Positions 23,676-36,594 of a stretch of DNA of 64,000 nt are shown piece after piece (position 1 is the stretch's first letter; the number at the start of each line of letters is the position of its first letter). This stretch comes from Mobula hypostoma (lineage: Eukaryota). Location: NCBI RefSeq assembly GCF_963921235.1, contig NC_086121.1, positions 20,894,001 through 20,958,000 on the forward strand. Reading direction: 5' to 3'. Made by a program: the position numbers and the translations under genes. The notes under the pieces are model-generated. The model did not search any database, was not told where the DNA came from, and worked only from the letters and a program-made list of their open reading frames with translations.

Positions 23676-24356
23676 AGAACGTAAGAAATAGGAGCAGGAG
23701 TCGGCCATCTGACTTGTCGAGCCTGCTCCGCCATTCAATAAGATCATGGCTGATCTGGCCATGGACTCATCTCCACCTGCCTGCCTTTTCCCCATAACCC
23801 TTAATTCCCCTACTATGCAAAAATCTATCCAACCTTGTCTTAAATATATTTACTGACTGCTTCATTGGGCAGAGAATTTCGCAGATTCACCACTCTTTGG
23901 GAAAATCAGTTCCTCTTAATCTCTGTGCTAAATTTACTCCCCCGAATCTTGAGGCTATGTCCCCTAGTTCTAGTCTCACCTACCAGTGGAAATAACTTTC
24001 TTGCCTCTATCTTATCTGTCCTGTTCATTTTTTTCTTGTATGTTTCTATAAGATCTCTCATCCTTCTGAATTCCAGTGAATACAGTCCCACGTGACTCAG
24101 TCTCTCCTCCTAGTCAAACCCCTTCATCTCTGGAATTAACCTGGTGAACTTCCTCTGCGCTGCCTCCAAAGCCAGTATATCCTCCTTCAAGTAAGGAGAC
24201 CAGAACTGCATGCAATGCTCCAGATCCGGCCTCACCAGGACCCTGTACATTCGTAGCATAACCGCTCTGCTCCCTCTTGCAATGAAGGCCAACATTTCAT
24301 TTACCTTCTTGATAGCCTGCTGCACCTGCAAAACAACCTTTTGCGATTCATGCACA
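23676..24356 (-). mobile_element. CR1 LINE 3' fragment
   Basis: LVRPDLEHCMQFWSP, GLYSLEFRRMR, TRGHSLKI; CR1 tail. Confidence 0.9.
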
Positions 24357-25150
24357 TTATTTTCTGTCCCTTTGGGTTTTTTAACTCCATCCAAACTTAA
24401 TTATTTTTCATTTATTTTCCTGAGCTAAGCTTCTTTCTCTTGACTATCTTTGTCCAATTTTTATACCAAGGCTACCTGCCATTTTCATTTTCTAAAAGAT
24501 GAGAGTCCTGGAATATTTAATTCCCCATTTTGGTCTCTTTGCTGTCTATGCAGAGACCATTACTCGTATTTCATCATTACTTAATGTTCTTGTTATGACT
24601 GCCCTCTTACTTCACGTAAAGAGCCTTCAATTTAGACTTCCCAGCTCTGGAGGTTTGTGTGTTCATGTGCCTTGTCCATTTCTGAATAGTTACTATTAGC
24701 CCTTCTGCTACTTCATGCTATTACTTTGTTTTTTCTCTTTAACATTCTCAATTTCCTGGCAGCTGAATCTGCTTTTGCCACCCATCCTTCCTAATTTCTT
24801 ATACAGGCAGTCTACATATTTTAACAGGGCCCTGTCACTGTTCATAACCTGAATTTTTAGTAAGTCAGAGATGAACAGAAACAGTATGTGGGAGAGAATC
24901 CCAGAAACAGTTGTGATGGGAGAGCAAGCTGGTGTGGGAGGAGTGGCTGCCAGTCAGCTTCATGAAGTCAGTGAGTGAGTCTGCTCCACACTCCCACCTC
25001 TGCGCATCTCAACTCATTCCCTGGTTGTTGTGGCTCGGAGTTGGGGGGGGTGGGTGTGAGGAATGGTCTGGGAGGTGAGAAACGGCACATAGATATATTC
25101 TATTCCCACCAGGCAGAAGATGACTAGTCATGCAGCAGGTGGCCAATCAA

Positions 25151-25196
25151 TTCCCATCATTCCCTCTAGTTTCCCATCATTCCCTCTAGTTTCCCA
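25151..25196. repeat. 20-bp tandem duplication
   Basis: ttcccatcattccctctagt x2.3. Confidence 0.9.
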
Positions 25197-25663
25197 AATG
25201 CTTGTGGGTATATATGGTCTTGGGTGTTCTTAACCTGGGGAAGTTTGTGCTTAAATCTTTTATTCTACGCTGGCTATATTCTGATTACTGTTAATGAAAG
25301 AAAAGCTCAAGTTATCCAGCAAAATAACCGGATAACTCCAAAAATTGCTTCTTTGGATCCAATTGAATGTCCATGTAGGCTTGTGAAATCTGCTTTGGGA
25401 TGTTCATTTTCACAAAGTAAAAATGTGCACACGTTGTCTAAATGTGGATTTAGAATCAGAATCATGTTTAATATCTTGGGTATATGTTGTAAAATTTGAG
25501 CCCAGTTCCAAAGAGCACGCAACACCCAAGTTGTACTGAATGGACATTGTATTCCCAGTGGTGATTTTTAAATGCAGATTTAAACTCTGGCCCCTCTTGC
25601 CTTCTTGTGTGACATCAAATAACCCATAGTGTTATTCAAAGAACAGGATACTTCACCCATTTA

Positions 25664-28600
25664 TATTTGAATTGAATTGAATTGACTTTATTTCTTACTC
25701 CTCATGTATGTGAAGGATATAAGAATATTTATGTTACATCTGTCCAAATGTGCAGTCATAGTAATTTATAATAAATAGAACTGTTAATGTAACAGAAATA
25801 CACTCAAATCAGTGTGAGTTAATCAGTCTGGTGGCCTGGTGGAAGAAGCTGTCCGGGAGCCTGTTGATCCTGGCTTTTATGCTGCGGTACCGTTTCCCAG
25901 ATGGTAACAAATAGATTGTGGTTGGGGTGACTCGGGTCTCCAATGATCCTTCAGGCCTTTCTTTCACCCCTGTCTTTGTAAATGTCCTGAATCATGGGAA
26001 GTTCACAACTATGGATGCTCTGGACTGTCCGCACCACTCTCTGCAGAGTCCTGTGATTACGGGAGGTACAGTTCCCATACTAGGCAGCGATGCAGCCAGT
26101 CAGAATGCTCTCAATTGTGCCCCTGTAGAAAGTTCTTAGGATGTGGGGGCCCATGCCAAACCTTCTCAACCGTCTGAGGTGAAAGAGGTGCTGTGGTGCC
26201 TTTTTCACCACACAGCTGGTGTGTACAGACCACGTGAGGTCCTCGGTGATATGGATGCTGAGGAACTTAAAGGTGTTTACCCTCTCAACCCCAGATCCAT
26301 TGATGAGGGTTTAGCCCATCTCCATTCCTCCTGAAATCCATAACCAGCTCCTTTGTTTTTGTAACATTGAGGGAGAGGTTGTTTTCTTGACATCACTGTG
26401 GCAGAGAGATGACTTCTTCTCTGGAGGCCACCTCGTTATTGTTTGAGATTAGGCCAATCAATGTGGTGTCGTCGGCAAATTTAATTAGCAGATTAGAGTT
26501 GTGAGTGGCGACACAGACATGGGTATACAGGGAGTAAAGGAGGGGACTTAGTACACAGCCCTGAGAGGCTCCTGTATTGAGAGTTAGAGGGATGGGGGTG
26601 AGAGAGCCCACTCTTACCACCTGCTGGTGATCTGACAGGAAGTCCAGGATCCTGCTATACAAGGTAGGGTCAAGGCTGAGGTCCCTGAGCTTCCTGTTGA
26701 GCCTGGATGGAATTATGGTGTTGAATGCTGAACTGTAGATAAAGTACAGCATTCTCACATAAATGTCCTTCTCCGGATGTGTAAGGACGGTATGTAGAGC
26801 AGTGGCTATTGTGTTGTTTGTCAATCGGTTGTGTTGGTAGGCAAACTGTAGGGGGTCCAGTTAGAGTGATAGCAAGCTGCTGATGTGATCCTTGACCAGC
26901 CTCTCAAAGCATTTGCTTATTATTGAGGTGAGTGCGACAGGACGTCAGTCATTCAAGCATGTTACCTTGGTCTTTTTTGGTACAGGGACAATGGTGGATA
27001 ATTTGAAGCAGGAGGGCACTCTACACTGGGAGAGGGAGAGATTAAAAATGATGATAAACGCACCTGCCAGTTGTGCTGCACACATCCTAGGTACTCGCCC
27101 TGGGATGTCATCCGGTTCCGCAGCCTTGCGACTGTCCACACGTTGGAAATATCTGCGTGCCTCAGCCTCAGAGATGACCAGGTTGCGGATTGTAGTGGTG
27201 CCCTTCCTTGGAGGCTCAGAGATAGTGACATTGAACAGAGCGTAAAAATAATTGAGCTCATCTGGGAGAGAGGCCATGATGTTGGTGGCGTCATTACGTT
27301 TGGCTTTGAAGTCTGCGATGGTATGTAACCCTCGCCACAAGTCACGTGTGCTATTCATTGTGAATCTTGACTCAATCTTCTCCCTGTATTGTTGTTTCGC
27401 AGCCTTGATAGCTTTACACAGATCATAGCTGTTTTTCTTGAGCTGGGGCTGATTGCCAGCAATGTAAGTTCTGTGTCGCACGGTAAGTGCTGCTTGCACG
27501 GAAGACCCTGACCGACTTCTGGGGGACAATATCGTCGATGCACTTCCGGATGAAGCACGTGACTCCATCTGTGAACTCGGAGACGTCCTCATCATGGAAG
27601 ACATTCCAGTCGACGTCATCGAAGCAGTCCTGCGGCAGGAAGGCCGACTGGTTGGACCAACAGTGGACGGTTTTGACTGTGGCCGCCTCTTGTTTCAGCT
27701 TCTGCCTGTACATCGGGAGAAGCAGGATCAAGGAGTGGTCTGATTTTCCAAAAGCTGGGCAGAGGAGAGCTTTGGAAACATTACGAAAGGGAGTGTAACA
27801 GTGGTTGAGTGTGTTATCTTCGTGAGTACTCACCTGGATGTGCTGACAAAACTTCGGAGAGACTTCCATCAGGGATGCTGGATTAAAGTCACTGGCGAAG
27901 GTGAAGGCAGCCTCTGGGTGTGCAGTCTCCAGCATGTTGATGGTCTCGTACAGTTCCTTGAGTGCCAGGTCAGTATCAGCCTGCAGCGGAATGTACACCG
28001 CTGTGACGATAACAGCCGTGAGCTCCCAAGGCAGCCAGTAGGGTCTGCGCAACAGCAGCAGGTATTCCAGGTCTGGGGAACAAAAGGATTTGAGTATATG
28101 CACATTCTGGGGGTCGCACCAAGCATTGTTGACCATGAAGCATACCCCTCCTCCTTTACTCTTCCCAGTGAGGTTTTTTGACCCGTCTGCCTAGAACAGG
28201 GAGAACCCAGAAGGTTTGATAATGTGGTCTGGTATCTCCTCCGTCAGCCAGGTCTCCATGAAGCACAAAACGTTACATTAATTTGTTTCCCGCTGGTAGG
28301 AGATTCTAGCTGTAAGTTCGCACAGCTTGCTGTCCAGGGACTGAACGTTAGCCAGGAGTATACTAGGGAGCGGCGGCTGATTATCATCGTCTCAGTCTCA
28401 CCAGGACCCCGGCCCTTTTCCGTCGCCTCTGGCACTTCTTCCGAGGTCGTGGCGGTGTAAGAGATGTGTCTCCCGTGGATCGCGCAAGCAGGGGTTCCCA
28501 GTGTAGGAAAGGCGGCACATAGTGGGTAAATGCCGTCTTTCCAATGTTCAGAAGGGTCAATCTATCGTATCTGATGTGACTATCAGCTACTTGAACATAA

Positions 28601-28689
28601 AATGCTCAGAAAATTGTAGAAATTAGTAGTACACTGTAGATTTGGAATGGAAGCTCGCAACATGGCTGCTGTACGTGGCACCATCTTAT
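25664..28689 (-). mobile_element. Full-length but decayed Rex1/Babar-type LINE (APE endonuclease + RT)
   Basis: APE (AVYIP, SDFN, GKSDH), RT (SSAFNTI, QGCVLSPLLYSLYT, KFADD); (CAATT)n 3' tail; 5' AAGATGG; 9-bp TSD acccattta at 25655-25663 and 28690-28698. Confidence 0.92.
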
Positions 28690-28923
28690 ACCCATTTACC
28701 CCGAAATCAACCTTAATTTAGGTTGAACAGTTTTGTGATCTAAATGCTGTTAGTGTTCAGTGTTGTAAGGGAATACAATCAGTTCATTTTTTTTTCTCTC
28801 CCCTCCCAGTGGGAGAGTGATAATTGATATCATGGTTTTCATCTTGGAGGCATTTCGGCTGTGGTGATGATAGGCAGAAATATTTCCTTTTGGACTGAGG
28901 TGTGTTTTATTTTTGTCTTACAG

Positions 28924-29022
28924 GCTTTCAGTGTCAATCTGTATTCTGCAGAGTATGGAAGACGGTTGTTGGACACCACCATGAACTTTAACTTGGATCC
29001 AAATTGTGGGCGACCGGAGCAG
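28924..29022 (+). CDS. EMC1: EMC1 exon 10
   Basis: AFSVNLYSAEYGRRLLDTTMNFNLDPNCGRPEQ; 99 nt. Confidence 0.93.
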
Positions 29023-29318
29023 GTGAGAGTGTGACTGGCTAGGTGCAGGTTGCTGAGAGCAAGGATGAGTGGAGTAATAGGGTGAGATGCTGTTTGTCTA
29101 AGGAGGCAAGCAGTTCTAGGTAAGAATGTTGGTTGCTGGGCTCGGTGTTTTGAGGGTTCTGAGCAAAGTGGATGATCTGTTGTTGAGATGCAGAGGGAAA
29201 GATTAATGGGAAACTATCAATTGAGAGATACTTTAGCTAGTGAATTTAGTAGAACAGAAGAAAGGAAGACAGAATATGATGCATCATTTCAGAACTGTTT
29301 ATATCTATGATATCTATG

Positions 29319-30085
29319 AGTCCTGATGAAGGGTCTCGGCCTGAAACGTCAACTGCCTGGCCTGCTGCGTTCACCAGCAACTTTGATGTGTGTTGCTTGC
29401 TGTTTATATCTATTGTGTTTTTTGTGTTTTTTGCATATGTTTAAAAGGATCAAAGAAACAATATATTCGGTGCTCGTGATGCAGCCCCTATATTTACGCT
29501 GTAAATTGAGGGACCACTTCGTTGAGCACCTCTGCTCCATTCACCAAAAACATTGGCAACTTCCCAGCTGCCTAACATTTAAATTCTAATTCCCATTCCC
29601 ATCCCGACATGTCAGTCCATGGCCTCCTGTTGTGCCAAGATGAGGCCACCCTTGGAGTAGAGGAGCAACACCTTATATTCCGTCTGGGTAGCCTCCAACC
29701 TGATGGCTTGAATATTGATTTTTTTTTTTTTCTTCCTCCCAGTTAAAGAAATTGTCCCTTCCCCTCCCCTTCTGTTCCCCACTCTAGCTTCTTACCTCTT
29801 CTCACCTGCCTATCAGCACCCCTGGGTCCCCTCCTCCTTCTCTTTCTCCTCTCCTATCAGATTCCTTCCTCTCCAGCTCGTTACCTTTCATACCCGCCTG
29901 ACTTCACCTATCATCTTCTCGCTATCCTCCTTCCCCTCCACCTACCTTTTTATTCTGGTATCTTCCCTCTTCCTTTCCAGTCCTGAAGAAGGGTCTTGGC
30001 CCAAAACGTTGACTGTTTATTTATTTGCATAGATACTGCCTGACCTGCTGAGTTCCTCCAGCACTTTATGTGTGTTTCTGTTGCA
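29319..30085 (+). mobile_element. Two Penelope fragments: short pLTR (29319-29397, hammerhead 29319-29354) and older GIY-YIG C-terminus + pLTR (29480-30085)
   Basis: DHFVEHL..EEQHLIFRLGSLQPDG; CUGAUGA..GAAACGUC; second hammerhead (29979-30014) degenerate. Confidence 0.85.
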
Positions 30086-30092
30086 TCTGTTG

Positions 30093-30775
30093 TAGAGTCA
30101 TAGAGCACTACAGGACAGAAACAGGCCATTTGGCCCATCTAGTCTGTATCAAACTAGTTTTGTGCTTAGTCCTATCTACCTGCACCTAGACCATAACCCT
30201 CCATACCCTTTCACCAATGTACCTATCCAAGCTTCTTTTAAATGTTAGAATTGAACCCACAGCTACCACTTCCACTGGAAGCTCGTTCCACACTCGCATC
30301 ATCCTCTGAGTGAAGAAGTTCTGCCTTAGTTTTCTCTTAAATATTCCACCTTTCACCCTCAATCTGTGACCTCTAGTTCTCGTCTCACTGTGTCTGAGGG
30401 GGAAAACCCAGCATGCATTCACCCCATCTATACTCCTCAAAATTTGTGTATCCATATAAGATGTCCCCTCATTTTCCTACGCTCCTAACTATAAGGTCCT
30501 AACCTATTCAATGTTTCCCTATAACTCGGGTCTTCCAAGTCCTGGCAATATAAGTAATTTTTCTCTGTATTCTTTCAAGCTTATTGTTATCTTTGATGCA
30601 GGTGGATGACCACATCTGCACACAGTACTCCAAATTTGTATTCATCGACACCTTATACAAAGTCACGTCAGAATTCCTGTTTTAATGTCCTAATTTATGA
30701 AGGCTGATATGCCAAAAGCTCTCTTTATGACCCTATGTACCCGTGATGCCACTTAAGAGGAATTAGGATCTTGAT
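30093..30775 (-). mobile_element. CR1 LINE 3' fragment
   Basis: TRGHRLRV..NFFTQRMMRVWNELP..FKRSLDRY. Confidence 0.85.
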
Positions 30776-30877
30776 TTGGTGCCCTACCGTTCGCTGTATA
30801 ATTCTTACCTTGTAATCAGGAGTTTTATCAATTGTTCTTCCCAAGCCGAATCTCACATGACCCTCTTTTGCTCTCAG

Positions 30878-30974
30878 CTCTATATTCAGGCATTCCTGAA
30901 GAAAGATGACTCTGTTGGTTATCGTGCTCTAGTGCAGACCTCTGATCATGCATTAATCTTCATCCAGCAACCAG
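30878..30974 (+). CDS. EMC1: EMC1 exon 11
   Basis: [32 protein letters not shown]; 97 nt. Confidence 0.96.
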
Positions 30975-31922
30975 GTTTGTGAAGTGGTTGAGGGAGGTGA
31001 GTGGGGTGGGGGCTGGATGGCCATAGTGATTAGATTGTGTTTGACAGTGTGAAGGTTTTTTAAAAAGAACTTTACAGAATAAACAGTTTTACTGTCTATT
31101 AATAAAAACAAAATGCTTCAAATACTCACATGTCATGTGGCATCTACAGAGAAAGAACCAGGGTTACTATTTTGGGTCAAGGATCTTTTACCTGAACTGG
31201 AAAAGTTTAACTTCCCCTATGACTGAGGTTCCATATCTACACCCTATACGTCTTCTGACTTTTGTTCAGTCTTACTATTTTAAGACATCTTCAGTGTCCC
31301 AATTACACTTACTACTTTACTGATCATTGAATTTAAGTTATTCAAGAAAAATAGTTGAAAGACATTTGGCCACGGGTGAGAGAATCTCAAAAACATTCTT
31401 TGATCTTTAATCATGGATTTCTTTGTAAATCCTTAATTCTGACACTGGGATATAGGATCCTTATTCTATTATATTGCCGATTGCATAAGTACTATCTGTG
31501 TCAGTGGTATTGTGCTTCTGAACAGCTTTCTTTTGAAGACTGACTTGTGCAAGTACTTTATTCCTATTTCAAACTCAAGGTAAGCAATCTTGAAAACGTT
31601 GGGGAATATTGAGATGCTAGTGGAATCTCTTTCATTTCTGTGTCCCTTGAGTTGAGTCATTGATCAAACAGTATCTTTGTAAGAAGGTGCTGAAAAAAAT
31701 TGCAGGTCGGATTGATGATGGAGTTGTACAGGGTGTGTATGACTGGGTTTTGCTAGACGGGTGCATCTGTACAAAGAAGGGAAGGAAGTGGGGTGGGGGG
31801 GGGGGAATGTGCCTGCCTGCCTCCCAAGCTGCAGTAAGTTCTGCCTGCTGGTTGGAGAGCGTGCCTGCACCCAATGGAATTTTCGGAATATGGTAGGAGT
31901 CTGTCATTCACGGTTTTCACAG

Positions 31923-32039
31923 GTCGAATTATTTGGACACGGGAAGAAGCATTAGCAGAAGTTGTTACCATGGAGATGGTCGATTTGCCTCTAACAGGAA
32001 CACAGGCTGAGCTGGAGGGTGAATTTGGAAAGAAAGCAG
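31923..32039 (+). CDS. EMC1: EMC1 exon 12
   Basis: (G)[38 protein letters not shown]; 117 nt. Confidence 0.96.
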
Positions 32040-33627
32040 GTACTGTGGAATGCTTAGCAGCCCAACTGCTCTTAACTTGAGGAGAAAGTAAGGAATGCTT
32101 AACTCATGTTTTCCATTTAATTCAAATTGAAGAGAAAATTTGGTTTATTCATCATGTGAAACCAATGAGTTTGTTTTATCCATTCCAATTAATTCCCACA
32201 TCCTGTCCAACAAGTGTACCTGCACTGCTTGATACAGATTGTAAATACAGATTTCAGAATCTTATGTTAACCCATCAAATCAAAATAGTAACTCAAATGT
32301 TTACAGTGAGATGGTCAGAATCCTATACGTCAAGCATCCACCAAACACTGCCTTAAGAACATATGTCAACTGCAAAATTATTGAGGAGAAGCTGGAGTAT
32401 TACCTACTATACAGGTGGATCAGAGAGTTGCACTATTCCATTATGTTATTAGTGTCATCTGCTTTGTATCAATCTGTCATATATGTGCAGTACTACAGTT
32501 AATAGACACTGAATTGTCAGGTGTGAGTTAAAATTCCACTGAAAAGCGTGAGGAGTGAAATCTGGTGGTTTTTGGACTGCCTCTGAAATGGCTGAACGCT
32601 GTTGGAGAGTGGGCAATGAATTCCAATATTTAACAGTAAATTTAAAGACATTTTCATTTTATTTTCAGTGCAAGGTATTTAATAGGAGTCAAATAAAATA
32701 GATGAATACTAAGTAGCACATGGAGCTTATAGAACAAATGACCAAAAACTTGGATAGAAATATGTTAAGAAGCATTTTAAAGAAGGTAAGAGGTAGAGAG
32801 GCAAAGTTTTCTAGGCTGGAACTTTTATAGCTGTAGGATCAGGGTTGTCCAAGCTGCTAGAATTGGGTGACTGCAGAGGTATTGGCATTTTGTGACGGAG
32901 GCCGCTTCAATTATAGTGAGATTTAAAAATAAATTTGAAATTTGGGCAACTGAAAAGCAAGAAACTTCAGGTGATGGAAATCTAAGATTAAAAATGTGCT
33001 GGAAATAGATCAGTTGGCATCTGTGGAGGAAAACAAACCAGTTAAAATTTCAGATCAGAGACCCTTCATCTGAGCTGGTAATACTCTGATGAAGACTGAT
33101 TGACCTGAAATGAGAATGCCTTTTTCCGAGAGGGACATGACTGTATTGTGAGTCCAATACCATCAGATGAAAATCTTTTACAGTGCCATCCTGGTTACCT
33201 GTTATCAGTAATAAACAGAAGCTAGGATTATTGTTTGGGATGTTAAATAAGTTAGAATTCATTCCATAATTTCAAAAAGTGTGGCAATTCTTTACTCATT
33301 TGTAAATGATTGGTGGATGTGAGAGTGGAATTTGAGTGCTCTCTGTTTCTAATTTGCATTCTGTACAATAGCTGTTATGGGCTAAAACTAGTTCCTGTGA
33401 TCAATATAGTGTGAACAAGAGCTTTGCTGGTCTGTTAGTAATTTCTAGGCATTGTGCTAGCTACAATAGAGCAAGAGAGGGCAAATAATATATTTCCATT
33501 GTTTGCTATGGTACTGCTCAGAATTTTTAAAAAATTTTACAATTGAATCTATTCCTCACCCTGCTTTTCAATTTATGGAGAGAGAGCTGGTGTTTGTCAG
33601 CTTGTTTATTGTTTAAGTATATGTGAA

Positions 33628-34260
33628 ATCAGAATCAGAATTAGGTTTAATATCATCGGCATATGTCGTGAAATTTGTTAACTTTGCGGCAGCCGTAGAG
33701 TGCAGTACATAATAATAGAGGGGGGAAAAAAGTGAATTACACTAAGTATATCTTTTAAATTGTTAAATAAGTAGTGCAAAAAAAAAAAGAAACAAAAAAA
33801 AATGAGACAGTAGTGTTTCTGGGCTTAATGTCCATTCAGAAATCAGATGGCAGAGGGGAAGAAGCTGTCCCTGAATCACTGAGAGTGTGCCCTCAGGATT
33901 CTGTACCTTCTTCCTGATGGTACAATGAAAAGAGGGCATGTCCTGGGTGAAGGGAGTCCTTAATGATGGATGCTGCCTTTTTGAGGCATCGCTCCTTGAA
34001 GATGTCCTGGATGCTACGGAGATTGGTGCCCATGATGGAGCTGACTAATTTAAAAATTCTCTGCAGTTTACTTCGATCCTCTGCAGTAGCCCCCACTCTG
34101 CCATACCAGGTGGTGATGCAGCCTGTTAGAATGCTCTCCACAATACATCTGTAGAAGTTTGCAAGTGTTTTAGGTGATGTACCAAATCTCCTTGAATTCC
34201 TAATGAAATACTGCCGGTATTATGCTGTCTTTGTAGCTTCATCAATATGTTGGGTCCAGA
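33628..34260 (-). mobile_element. Rex1/Babar LINE 3' fragment
   Basis: ESILTGCITTWYG..AASIIKDSLHPGHALF; (TTCTGA)n tail. Confidence 0.88.
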
Positions 34261-34759
34261 CTAGGCCCTCAGAAGGGTGTTTATCAGTTACTGCACAATA
34301 CTGACACTCTATAATTTATCATTAAAATAAGTTCCCATTAGTTCCAATAATGTACCCTGATTTTAAAAACCTCCAATATAACTATTATGCAGTAGATAGC
34401 TGAGAATTGAGCTGCTCAAGTTTTTTCATTATTCTAAATTCACATTCTTCACATAGTTTCCATGAAATTGTGATGTCAGCAGTGGGACGGGTGTACTGCT
34501 CGAGCTGGAAAATTTTATGCTGCGTGTTCACTTGACTTAAATGCTGCTTTCTTTATTAATGCTGCTGTGGAGCCAGCTGCGCAAGGTAGCACGTTTAATG
34601 CATAGATTTGGTATTCTGTCATTTATTGGAAGGTGCAACATTCTTTTTTGCATGTCCATGAGGGAGGAAGTTTTTCTTTGCTAATATATTTGCTTCAGGA
34701 CAGTATTGCACTTCGAGGTACCAATTCAGTGAGCTGTGAAATATTGTAATTTCCGGCTA

Positions 34760-35690
34760 TGAGATCTACTGGCTTGAATCTTCTTGACAGGATGTAACCA
34801 ATTAGCAGAATAGAGGTGGAAGAATCTGTGGATGTAGTGTATTTGAACTTTTAGAAAGTTTTCAATATGATCACAGATAATTATTGTGTAGAATTGAAGT
34901 ACGTGGGAGTGGAAGTTACTGACATGGACGTATGGATATGTATAAAGTTAACCATTGGTGGCAAAAAAAAGGAAGGCAGATTATTGCAAGGACAGCAGTT
35001 GATTGGGAAAGGAGCTGATGTAGTGAGACACGTATATCCTGGTGCATTGTCTATTTAAAGATTAGTATGCAGGTGCTGCCGATAGTAAAGAAGGAAAATA
35101 TTATGTTGGTCTTCATGCTAAGAGGATGTGTGTATGGGAGCAGGGATGTTGTATAAAGCTATTGTGAGAACAGATCTTGAGTATTGTGTGGAGTTTTAAC
35201 TCCTCTGAGGACAGATATTTGTACTTCGGAGGAGTGTGGCGAAGGTTCATCACATTGATTCCTGGCAAAGCATAACTGAAGATAAATTAGATTGATAAGA
35301 CTTGGATTTTCTTGAATAAAGGATAATGAGAGGGTAACTAGTAGAATTCAACTTTTAACTGAGTGGTTCAGGAAAAATATTCCTCAAAATCAGGGTCATA
35401 TAGTCTTAAGGATGAAGAGTTGGACTGAAAAGAGAGAGTGGTGAATCTGTGGAATTTTCTGTGACTTAAAAAAATTTTGAAGCCTAATCATTAAATATAT
35501 TAAATATGGACTTGGGTATAGTGCTAATGTATTCAAGAATGAGTTAGGCTTTTAAGGCATGAGGAGTTAAAGGGATCTGGGGAGAATGCAGAAATAGGTT
35601 ACTGAAATTGGATGATCAGCCATGATCATACTGAATGTGGGAGGTGGTTTGAAAGGCTGAATGGCCTAATCCTGCTTCTTTTTGCTATGT
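34760..35690 (+). mobile_element. Highly degenerate CR1 fragment
   Basis: gtggatgtagtgtatttgaactttag (VDVVYL.F) and CR1 3' UTR. Confidence 0.6.
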
Positions 35691-35900
35691 CTTTGGATTC
35701 AGAGTATCATGAAATCTGTGCTGGTTATCTGTTAGCCACTGGGGGAGAGCTCCACACGTATTTGCAAATTGAATCTAAGTGCAAAAGACTGCTGGGATAT
35801 TAACCATAGATGTTAAAACCAATGTTCTAGTGCACATAGGATATTTTGTCTATATAAATCTGTTCTCGTACAATTTCTGATTACTTATTTATTATGGCAG

Positions 35901-36100
35901 ATGGTCCTATGGGAATGTTTATGAAGCGACTGTCCTCCCAGCTGATTCTGCTACAAGCATGGAGCTACCAGCTTATCAAGATGTTCTATGATGCACGCAA
36001 ACCTCGAAATCATTCAAAGAATGAAATAACTATTGAAAACTTGGCCCGAGATGAGTTTAACCTGCAGAAGATGATGGTGATGGTGACAGCATCTGGAAAG
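35901..36100 (+). CDS. EMC1: EMC1 exon 13
   Basis: (D)[20 protein letters not shown]...[19 protein letters not shown]; 200 nt. Confidence 0.97.
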
Positions 36101-36444
36101 GTAACAGTTGCATGGCTTCTGCCCGTATAATATGGCAGAACGGATTCCTCTGCAGACTGGTCACCTCTAGTCCCTCATCCAGGTGGGTCTGTGTAATTAA
36201 AGTAGTGAATGTTGGTTCATGGACAACCTGCCGAAGTGTCAGTCAACAGAGGAGGAAACAAACCAAGAGAGTTAAATCTATCCACCACTCTTGGTGCTGG
36301 TTTGCTTAATAAGAAAAGCCCTGGGTCAGCCAACTCTAGGCTATGGTGTGTTTTCAAGCATTTATATCTTCACTTCGTTTAATAGTATGAGCTGATATTT
36401 GAATGTACTTTCACTCTGATTTTCATTTTTCTTTTAAATTTTAG

Positions 36445-36594
36445 CTCTTTGGGATTGACAGTAGCTCAGGAACCATTTTGTGGAAGCAGTATCTTGAGAA
36501 TGTGAAACCAGGCTCTTCTTTCAAATTAGCAGTGCAACGAACAACAGCTCACTTTCCTCACCCACCACAGTGCACCCTAATCATTAAGGATAAG
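36445..36594 (+). CDS. EMC1: EMC1 exon 14
   Basis: [17 protein letters not shown]...[20 protein letters not shown]; 150 nt. Confidence 0.97.
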
